Shown one piece after another: positions 54,325-64,000 of a stretch of 64,000 bases of DNA. The stretch's first letter is position 1; each line of letters begins with the position of its first letter. The notes under the pieces are model-generated. The model was not told where the DNA came from and made no database searches. It was given only the letters and a program-made list of their open reading frames with translations. The stretch spans positions 76,136,001 to 76,200,000 of the forward strand of contig NC_043001.1 of assembly GCF_006345805.1 (NCBI RefSeq), read 5' to 3'. The position numbers were made by a program, and so were the translations under genes. The stretch is from Octopus sinensis. Lineage: Eukaryota.

Positions 54325-55140
54325 TGTCCGTTTCATCTGATGTTTGATACCGTATGCATGTATTTCTGTGTATCAATATTTCATTTTGCTTACAACAGCC
54401 TGTTCTTTTGGTCAAACTATCGTATCTCCAGCTGCTTCAGATACCAAAATGCAAAAGCTGTCAAAGCTGTAGTACAACGGTTTAACATTTTTCAAAAGTG
54501 TAGTAAGTCCCCACATACGACAATATCATACCTGCATGGAGTAACGATTTCATATACCCAACAAAATATTATTGTTAAGCTGAAATTGTTGCTAATGTAA
54601 AAGGAAATGGAATGGTGAAATTATTTTTCGTTTTCTGAAAAAAACAACGGAGGATTACGTTCTGAATTCAAATTCCATGGAGATCAGCATTGACTTTCAT
54701 ACTTCTTAGTTTCGATAAAATGTAAATGGGGTAGATTTATCATTCTTATAAATTATCTAAGATCTAAAAGGAATCATAAAAACACATTATTCATTCTTCC
54801 TTTTTCGTTTTTTTTTTCTTTTTATTTACATTTTATTTTTTATATTTTGTACCAATCATTGAAAGTAAAAGTGGTCTTGGGGCACCACCTTAAAGAGCAG
54901 GATCTTAGTTGAGTAAATCGATCCTAATACTTGTTATTTTCTTAAAGTCTGCTACTTATTTTATCAGTGTATTTTACCGAACCACTAAATTACTGAGATG
55001 TAAACAAACCAGCACTGGTTATCAAACGGTGTGGGGAACAGTGATCAAGACATACACGCTAAGATACACTCATACATAGATATGTATCTACATAGGTGTG
55101 TGTGTGCGCGCGGGGGGGGTGTATTCCTAGATAGATAGAC

Positions 55141-55185
<45 letters not shown>

Positions 55186-55200
55186 TATAGATAGATAGAT

Positions 55201-55278
<78 letters not shown>

Positions 55279-55362
55279 TTAGATAGATAGATAGAGGAAA
55301 GTTACTGAGAAAAAGTGGTAAATGCGTCAAAAAGAAAATTTTGAAGCATTATATACATATAT

Positions 55363-55790
55363 AGGCGCAGGAGTGGCATAGGCGCAGGAGTGGCTGTGTG
55401 GTAAGTAGCTTGCTAACCAACCACATGGTTCCGGGTTCAGTCCCACTGCGTGGCATCTTGGGCAAGTGTCTTCTGCTATAGCCCCGGGCCGACCAATGCC
55501 TTGTGAGTGGATTTGGTAGACGGAAACTGAAAGAAGCCTGTCGTATATATGTTTATATATATATGTATGTGTGTGTTTGTGTGTCTGTGTTTGTCCCCCT
55601 AGCATTGCTTGACAACCGATGCTGGTGTGTTTACGTCCCCGTCACTTAGCGGTTTGGCAAAAGAGACCGATAGAATAAGTACTGGGCTTACAAAGAATAA
55701 GTCCCGGGGTCGATTTGCTCGACTAAAAAGGTGGTGCTCCAGCATGGCCGCAGTCAAATGACTGAAACAAGTAAAAGAGTAAAAGAGTAA
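55363..55790 (+). mobile_element. SINE family B, full length, with duplicated head
   Basis: ATAGGCGCAGGAGTGGC occurs twice, then the complete unit. Confidence 0.9.
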
Positions 55791-55797
55791 GAGTATA

Positions 55798-55830
<33 letters not shown>

Positions 55831-55834
<4 letters not shown>

Positions 55835-56069
55835 TAAGCAATAAGGGTTCAGCAACGAATTGCCTTACCACATACCGAATTTAGAAATAGCAGTCAAAGG
55901 GTTATAGCTATTTCTTCTACTAAAAAGGAGATCTCAGTAAAAACAGCAATTGCTGTTTTTACTGAGATCTCCCTTTTTAGTAGAAGAAATAGCTATAACC
56001 CTTTGACTGCTATTTCTAAATTCGGTATGTGGTAAGGCAATTCGTTGCTGAACCCTTATTGCTTAGTAT
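55831..56069. repeat. Near-perfect spacerless palindrome (about 119-bp arms) inside (TA)n
   Basis: Arms 55831-55949 and 55950-56069 are reverse complements with one indel; centre CAATTG. Confidence 0.95.
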
Positions 56070-56170
56070 TACTTAAATTTTCCTCAAATGAGGCTTTTAC
56101 ATGCCGAAGACTACTTGGTGTAATTGATAATTATTCCAAATTAATTAATTTCACCCTTCATTATTACGGA

Positions 56171-56220
<50 letters not shown>

Positions 56221-56932
56221 TCAACTTGTGTGTCTGTGTGTGCGTCTGTGTGTGTGTCTGTGTGTGCGTCTGTGTGTGTGTCTGTGTGTTTAACTTCCCA
56301 GCACATCTCTTCCTAGACAACAAATAGTAGAACCACCAAAAATGGGTCACTTAAAGTTTAGGCGAATGAAAATTGAACTGCGCTATTTCTGTTCTGAAAT
56401 TCATCTCGCAGGTGCAAAAATCGATAATGTGTTTGTTTAGGCCTTATCCCATGCATTGAATAGTGAACTTTACTCAGTCAGCTGTTTGACGTGAACTGTG
56501 TTCACCACCCGGGCAAGCATGCGTAAATTGCATGAAAAATTTTAAAAAATCAAGATATAAAAACGAATCGCCGTAAACATTGTAGAAATTCGGCAAAGAA
56601 ATGAATTTTCGGGATGTAGCCTGGAGGGTTTTTTCGTATTAATCGTTTGTGAACACATACCAATTGTTTTCATAACATTTTTAACGCTTTGAATTAAATG
56701 TGACCATTTTGCGTTGAGTCTGCTGTTTGAATCACTTTAACAAAATTTTAGCAGGCCGGGTTTTTGATCATCACGATACATCGCTAGCGACTCCCTGAAA
56801 TCCCCGTTGAGAAATCTATATATATAAGACTCAACTTGTGTGTCTGCGTGTGTATCTGTGTGTGTGTCTGTGTGTTTAACTTTTGGATCTACCAAGTTTC
56901 ATTATTAAGGATGGAAAGTAGTGTGTAGCAAA

Positions 56933-57323
56933 TCTATATATATATAAAGCTGAAGCTGTCTGTGTGTGGCAGGTTTGGTAGCCTTCAACTAACACTATCT
57001 CCTTCGAGACCCTGCAGCGCAAGTTGACCAAAATTGAGAGTATGATAGAAGAGGGCTTGCTCTTCATTCTGTAGAAGATAAAATTCAAATCGGTCCATGT
57101 TAACACCAAAAATTATTTACATAAAAAAAGAGCTTTTGTTCTATGAAAATCCCTATTTTTTACGATTTTTGACTGCTGTGTCACCATTTTTCGGTGTATT
57201 TCAACTGGAAAAATGTTCACTTGAAGAGAATAACAAGTTGCATAATGCAAAATTTTTACATTTCAAAAATTCCAATTCTAAAGGGTCGAAGCAAACCCAA
57301 GCAACACCGGGTGATACTGCTAG
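56933..57323 (+). mobile_element. Non-autonomous Helitron-like element
   Basis: 5' TCTATATATATAAAG, 3' GC-rich hairpin remnant CCCAAGCAACACCGGG then CTAG|T; similar 5' ends at about 56215 and 56815. Confidence 0.65.
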
Positions 57324-57630
57324 TATATATATATATATATATATAATGACACACACACCCATATATATTTATTGTGTGTGTGTGTGTGTGTGAGTAAGTG
57401 GAGAATGATTTTATTTTTTATGTATATATGTATGAAAAGCAAAAATATACCGATACGTTTTCACAGAATAGATGGTTTTGTATCATAAGGAGAAGCGGCC
57501 TTTGTGTGGCTAAGGAACTTACTTTCCAGTCATGTAAACTCGGGTTCAGTCCCACAAAACGGCACCTTAGGAACGTGTGCAAAGCCATGTGAGTGCATTT
57601 GGTAAACTCTAGCTGAAAGAAGTCTATCGT

Positions 57631-57732
<102 letters not shown>

Positions 57733-57804
57733 GTATTTTTCTACATATTTCCTGCTTGTTTATTCATTATTTCCCTCTTTTCTTTCTTTCTTTCTTTGTC
57801 GTAG

Positions 57805-57936
57805 TTAACCTGTGCAGTCAAGGATTGCACAACTGCAGCACTGATGCCATCTGCATTGACTTAAGAAGAACGGGACGGAAACCTTACAAGTGCAAATGTA
57901 AATCTGGTTTCTATGGTAACGGAATTATCTGCTACG
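57805..57936 (+). CDS. SCUBE: SCUBE-like gene, EGF-like repeat 1 exon
   Basis: Polypyrimidine tract + TAG acceptor, GTGAGT donor, 132 nt phase 1-1; (V)NLCSQGLHNCSTDAICIDLRRTGRKPYKCKCKSGFYGNGIICY. Confidence 0.9.
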
Positions 57937-58706
57937 GTGAGTAAACCCCCATCGCCGCTGAAACATGTGAGACCAATTTTTTTCACAGAAATTATGTCTT
58001 TATACTCCATCTGTTTGTTTATCCTGTTTGTTAATCTCATCTTAATGGTAAGGCGGGCAAACTGGCTTGGCAGTTACCTAGTTCGTTGGCTTCACGCTGC
58101 TCAGTTGATATCCAGCCAATGTCGACTCTTATGTCTAATCAAGCCAGTCAGAAGCAGTATCAGTCAACGAGACGGGCAGCTTCTTCTTGAAAAGGGGCCT
58201 TCATAATGGGGGTATTATATGGTTTAATGGTTATGTAATAAGTATAGAATAAATGAGTTAATTAATGAGGTTGAATAGGAAAACCATTTTCAGTCTCGCC
58301 AAGTAATTCCGGAGTTAAAACACGGTGAGAAGACGAGAGAGAGAGAGAGGGGGAAGGGAAAGAAACAAAAAATCAAGCAGACAAAGAGAGAAAGAGGGAG
58401 GGGGAGACAGACAGACAGAGACAGAGAGGGGCAGACAGACAGAGACAGGGAGGGGCAGAGAGACAGAGAGATATACGGATAAAGAAAGAAAGAAAGAAGG
58501 AAGGAAAGAAAGAAAGAAAGAAAGAGGGAGATAGATGAAGAAAGAAAGCGGGAAGTGGATAAAGAAAGAATGAAAAAAGAAAGAGAACACAGAGAGGGGA
58601 AGAACAGAAAGTGAGAGCGAAGGGGGAGGAAAGGAAGGAGAGTGACAGAGAGAAAGAGGGTAAGAAAGGGGAGGGCATGTCTGCCTGATTTAACAACTAG
58701 TATTTC

Positions 58707-58940
58707 TATTTCTTTACTACCCACAAGGGGCTAAACACAGAGAGGACAAGCAAGGACAGACAAACGGATTAAGTCGATTATATCGACCCCAGTGCGTAAC
58801 TGGTGCTTATTTAATCGACCCCGAAAGGATGAAAAGCAAAGTCGACCTCGGTGGAATTTGAACTCAGAACGTAACGGCAGACGAAATACTGCTAAGCATT
58901 TCGCCCGGCGTGCTAACGACTCTGCTAGCTTGCCGCCTTG
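58707..58940 (-). mobile_element. SINE family A, full length, with ~18-bp TSD
   Basis: TTTAA(C/T)AACTAGTATTTC on both sides. Confidence 0.9.
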
Positions 58941-59153
58941 TTTAATAACTAGTATTTCGCCTCTAAGTGGTAACTGTCTCTTTCAAATGACACTCTATTG
59001 ACTAAAGAAGGGAAAGGCATTGGACAGTGATAGTACTGGATAATAAGACAAAGATGGGCGTGGCTGGAATATTTTTCATCATAGATCAACTCATTTAATT
59101 CTAACCTAGGGCTAAACAACAAAGAAAGCCAACGAGACAGCCATTATGTAGTC

Positions 59154-59469
59154 CAGTGGTTCTCAACCGGGCGCCATATGACCTCTGAGGGTTCGTATAA
59201 GATTTTGAGGGGTCCATGCAAGCAAAATAGTGAATTGGAGATCCAAGGTAGGATTTTAGGTAGATTTTGCTTTAGATGTATTTATTGCACGGAAAGTGCT
59301 CAGTTTGTGGCTGTGTGGTAAGTAGCTTACTTACCAACCACATGGTTCCGGGTTCATTCCCACTGCGTGGCACCTTGGGCAAGTGTCTTCTACTATAGAC
59401 TCGAGCCGACCAAAGCCTTGTGAGTGGATTTGGTAGATGGAAACTGAAAGAAGCCCGTCGTGTATATGT

Positions 59470-59559
<90 letters not shown>

Positions 59560-59979
59560 ATATGTATGTATGTGTGTATGTATATGTTTGTGTGGCTGTG
59601 TTTGCCCCCCCCCCCCAACATCGCTTGACAACCGATGGTCGTGTGTTTACGCGCTCGTAACTTAGCGGTTCGGCAAAAGAGACCGATAGAATAAGTACTA
59701 GGCTTCCAAAGAATAAGTCCTGGGGTTCGATTTGCTCGAATAGAGGCGGTGCTCCAGCATAGCCACAGTCAAATGACTGAAACAAGTAAAAGAGATAAAG
59801 GAGATAACGTTTGGCATAGTTCAAACTACACAAGTGAATGTTTGGAAAACAAAATAAGAATTTTTAAGGCAGTCTCTATGAAACTAGCTTTTAAGCATCG
59901 AATGACTATGGGATGTCCACCGGGAAAAAAGTAGTAATCAAACGGGTCCATAGGTAAAAAAAATGGTTGATAATCACTG
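59154..59979 (+). mobile_element. hAT-type MITE interrupted by a family B SINE (about 59306-59795)
   Basis: TIRs CAGTGGTTCTCAACC / GGTTGATAATCACTG; exact 8-bp TSD ATGTAGTC at 59146-59153 and 59980-59987. Confidence 0.9.
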
Positions 59980-60090
59980 ATGTAGTCGATCGATCTGTTA
60001 GACATAGCAACTAGATTACTTTGAATCACACTTAGCTATCTATGCCAACAGAATTCAGAATCCGCCGAAGCCACCCTCGTTTTGGGTGAA

Positions 60091-60425
60091 GGCGCATGGC
60101 TCAGTGTTTAGAGTGTAGGGCTCACAATCATGAGGTAGTGAGTTCGATTCTTGGACCAAGCTGTGTGTTATGTTCTTGAGCAAGACACTTTATTTCACGT
60201 TGCTCCAGTTCACTCAGCTGTAGAAATGTGTTGCAACATTACTGGTGCCAAACTGTTTCGGCCTTTGCCTTTCCCTTGGATAACATCGTTGGCGTAGAGA
60301 GTGGAGGCTGGTATGCATGGACAACTGCTGGTCATCCATAAACAACCTTGGCCGGACTTGTGCTTCGGAGGGTAACATTCAAGGTGCAATCCCATGGTCA
60401 TTCTTGACTGAAGGGGCTCTTTACC
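60091..60425 (+). mobile_element. tRNA-derived SINE, family C/D
   Basis: A-box TGGCTCAGTGTTTAG, B-box AGTTCGATTC, CORE-like TGTTCTTGAGCAAGACACTT; related fragment at about 6350-6560. Confidence 0.75.
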
Positions 60426-61059
60426 ATTCGATACTTTTGTTCTAAATATGCAAAAATAAGCCACAACTGGAATGTATTTGATCATTGGTCAGCTGAATTT
60501 GGGATGACCTATGCATTAACAGCAACAGCATTTGCTGAACAATTTAACATCCTACCTCTATATATCATCATCGTCGCAGTCGTAGTCATCGTCGTAATCT
60601 TCGTTACTATCATTACTGTTATTCCAAGTATCAACATCGTCGTCGTTATCGTTGTCATCGCCATCATCTTTAAGATCTCCGTTACTATCACTGCTATTTC
60701 CATCATCACTATCACCATCACAATCACCACCCTCACTACCACCACAACAATCCTCATCATCATGCCCATCGTCATCATCATCATCATCATCATCACCACC
60801 ACCGACACTACCAACACTATAACAATCATCATCATCTTCTCCATCGTCATAATCATCATCACTACCACCATTATCATTATAACTACCACCACCACATCGC
60901 CACCACCACCACCATCATCACTATCACCTTCGCCCTCGCTACCATCATTCTTATCCACATTATCATCACCACCTCCACCAATAACAACAACAACAACCAG
61001 TTTATTGTTTTATTCGTATCCTGGAATGGATGGATTTCTGACTGCTCTTTCTCCAATAG

Positions 61060-61182
61060 ACGTCGACGAATGTGCTACAGAGAACGGAGGCTGTGTACAC
61101 AAGTGCGAAAACCAACCGGGAAATTACTCTTGTAGCTGCATGGAAGGTTTTCAACTCTCAGAAGATGGTCATAATTGTGAAG
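61060..61182 (+). CDS. SCUBE: SCUBE-like gene, calcium-binding EGF repeat 2 exon
   Basis: TAG acceptor, GTTTGT donor, 123 nt phase 1-1; [41 protein letters not shown] resembles SCUBE EGF2 (NGGCVHxC..PGNY..DGHNC). Confidence 0.92.
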
Positions 61183-62223
61183 GTTTGTAACTGTATTCTC
61201 CTTTTCAATGGCTGAAATGATAAAATAAAATGAAACGTTACGCTACCAAGCGATATGAAAAATATTGGTCATCAACTTATATTTTGTTTCTCTCGCTATA
61301 TATTGGTCCTTTCTGCCTCCTATCGACTACATCGGACATAATGACAGACAGTCACATATCCCTTTGATTGCAGGTTTTGTATGGCGATGTTCCATCATTA
61401 TATCATTTAGAGCTAATACTACTAAGGGTGCTAGGGTCATTGATCTTCCCAAGATTTGTGTAGTTCTCTGGGGTTTTCTTCGGTCTTTAAACTTCAAGCA
61501 GCAATAAATATATTCGCTCGGGATTCACAGTTTTAGTAACTTTCTTGAAGAAACCCAGAAGAAACTTGTATCAGTCTATTAAATCTACCGAATAATTAGT
61601 TGTTACTAGAGTTAATCGAGTCTTCAAGGTTGAGAGGCAAACTGATCCTATTTTAACCTGTTTGATGATCCTTCAATTTAATTATTGCTATTGTGCATAC
61701 TTTTACAGCTAATTATATATTTACACAATTCAATTGGGTAGAATAATGATCGCTTTTGGGAAACTGAAATTATATTCAACGTTTAGTAAGCTATAAAATG
61801 TTTTGAAGAGATCTCCCAATAAATCTTCATTTTTCTCATAAAATTGTAAGTTTATCGTTATTACGCTTTTGTGTATGTTATGTTAGAATTTATTCATTAC
61901 GAAGCCATTTTATTTCTCCATTAAAAATATTCACTTTTGTATATTTTCCTGGTAATTCTTTCGCTGTTTCTTAGGTCAGTTAGTATGAGACTATATTTAT
62001 ACTGAGAAATCTAAATAAGGGCAAAACATGTTCAAAGTTCTCTCCCGTTAAATTCATCGATTGATATATTTTTTACCACCTAATATTTTGTGTTCTGAAA
62101 AAAAAATACTGGCAGGAGGTGCAGTCGTCTTTCATCCTATCTCAGTCTTGGTCAATTACTGGTTCTCTAGAAATCTAAAGGGTGTCTTTGTGTACAGTTC
62201 CCATCTTTGTGATGAGGCCGCTG

Positions 62224-62315
<92 letters not shown>

Positions 62316-62874
62316 CCAGTCAAGAAATGTAGTTCAGATTGTTAGCACTGCTCTACATGTGTTCTATAACCAACAGTATATGTACCATGTCACTACCAAC
62401 ACTGTACACCACATGTATCTGCGTCACCAACCTATGTATCTGTATCCCAACATTACATCTGTCCGTTCATGACACCACATGTGTATATATACCAACACTA
62501 CATGTGTCAGTGCAACAAACTGCATGTTTCCACGCCACCGATACTAGATGTCCCGTGCACCAACACTGTATGTGCCCCTGTCATCAACATTGTAAGTGTC
62601 CACGGCACACAACTTCACATCACAAGCTCTATGAGTATCACGTGTGATTATAGTCCAGTGTTTGAAACACCTGTATTGTTCTGGAATTGGTCATTAATTT
62701 TTAGCGAATCAAACACCAGAACAGTTTAGTTACAAAGCGACTTCCTGATCCACATAGTCACCCCTGAGTCCATAAGTCCCATGTCTTTAAAGTGTCTAAT
62801 GTAATGTAGTCCTGCACTTCTTTTAACATTATTAATATCGTTGGAGTATTGAATGTCTCTCTTGTCAACTTTAG

Positions 62875-62997
62875 ACATCGATGAATGCAAACAGAGCCAA
62901 CGTCTCTGTGACCAGCTCTGTATCAATACCCAGGGGAGTTATGTGTGCTCATGCAAACCTGGATATTACCTCAGCCCTGATGGACGAACTTGCACAG
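62875..62997 (+). CDS. SCUBE: SCUBE-like gene, calcium-binding EGF repeat 3 exon
   Basis: TAG acceptor, GTGAGT donor, 123 nt phase 1-1; [41 protein letters not shown]. Confidence 0.92.
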
Positions 62998-64000
62998 GTG
63001 AGTTATATTACTATAATGTATTTTTAAAATCTAACCAGTATAAATCAGTGAAATCATGAACATTGTCGATGAATTAGCAAATAGACCTCTGTGAAACATC
63101 TGTAATATATCTTATTCGAAATAAGCTACAAACACAATATATCTTTTGTCGTATCTCGATTTCATTATACCACTAGCTCTTTCTACTCACTACAATAGGC
63201 ACAAGGCCTGAAATTTTTAAGAGAATGAGCTAGTCGATTACATCAACCCCTGTGTTCCGCTGATGCTTATTTCATTGATCTCGAAAGGATTAACGGCAAA
63301 GTCAGCTTCGACGAAATTTGAACTCAGGGCGTACAGCAGGGAGAAGTGCCGCCAAGCATCTTGTCCGTGTTGTAACGATTCTGCTAGGTCACTGTCTTCA
63401 TTATGCAAAAATAAACACTTGCACTAGTTCTGTTTCACTATTTTCATTATCATTAGTCAATTGCTTAACCATTTAACCAATTAACTAATCGACTGTTTTA
63501 TTAATCGTTCAGTTAAGCTCTCCAGTTGGTAAAGTATGAGTGGCTAAGGGACGATAGTCGTAATTAGAATCTCGGCCTCCTCAAAAAAAGGAATTTCCAA
63601 ACAGACTTGTATTTGTAGGTACGTATGCGTGCATGTACATATAAGTGCGTGGAGTTATAACTATATATATATATATTCTTTTGCACGTTTCAGCCCTAAG
63701 GCTGTGCCCATGCTGGAGTACCGCCAGTATATATATATATATACGCACACACACACACACATGCATATATATAGAATGAGTACAAAGAATAAGTCCTGTG
63801 GTCGATTTGCTCGACTAAAGGTGGTGCTCCAGCATGGCCGCAATCAAATGACTGAACCAAGAAAAAAGAATAAAAGAATAAAAGAATAAATATAATGTTA
63901 TATTATATATACACTCATAGTTATATATACATGTGTGTGCATGAGCGTATGAGTGTATGTATGTGTTGTAGCGTGAAGGTAGGTAGTTGACTGTGTATGT

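Noticed and set aside
60091-60165. tRNA gene
   Set aside because: A and B boxes are present but there is no full cloverleaf and it continues into a SINE body
60504-61059. Hydrophobic N-terminal extension of the EGF2 ORF
   Set aside because: Intronic (CAT/CAC)n tract; a clear acceptor at 61059 defines the real exon

Overview
AT-rich, microsatellite-dense eukaryotic genomic DNA, most likely an octopus (inferred from the tRNA-derived SINE families and the (TA)n/(CA)n/(CATA)n/(GATA)n load). Almost all ORFs in the six-frame track are microsatellite or SINE artefacts. The one supported host gene is a plus-strand SCUBE-like secreted EGF-repeat gene: a candidate signal-peptide exon at 35893-36028 and three phase-1 EGF exons at 57805-57936, 61060-61182 and 62875-62997, continuing off the window. 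There is also a TATA+Inr promoter and first-exon candidate on the minus strand at about 23.4-23.8 kb. The rest is transposon debris: three or four SINE families, several Tc1/mariner elements (one full-length and Hsmar1-like), hAT MITEs with 8-bp TSDs, Helitron/HINE-like elements and two R4/Dong-like LINE remnants ending in (CATA)n. The most striking signal is a set of mutually unrelated, non-coding inserts that carry type I hammerhead ribozyme motifs (7.7, 10.0, 26.9, 31.75, 49.8 and 50.3 kb, plus weaker remnants). Most sit in or beside (TA)n tracts. Two show a circularly permuted monomer with a 5' inversion, and one has a 15-bp TSD. This points to retrozyme-like or Penelope-dependent retroelements copied from circular or tandem RNA. 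All alignments and folds were done by eye; boundaries of degenerate repeats are approximate.
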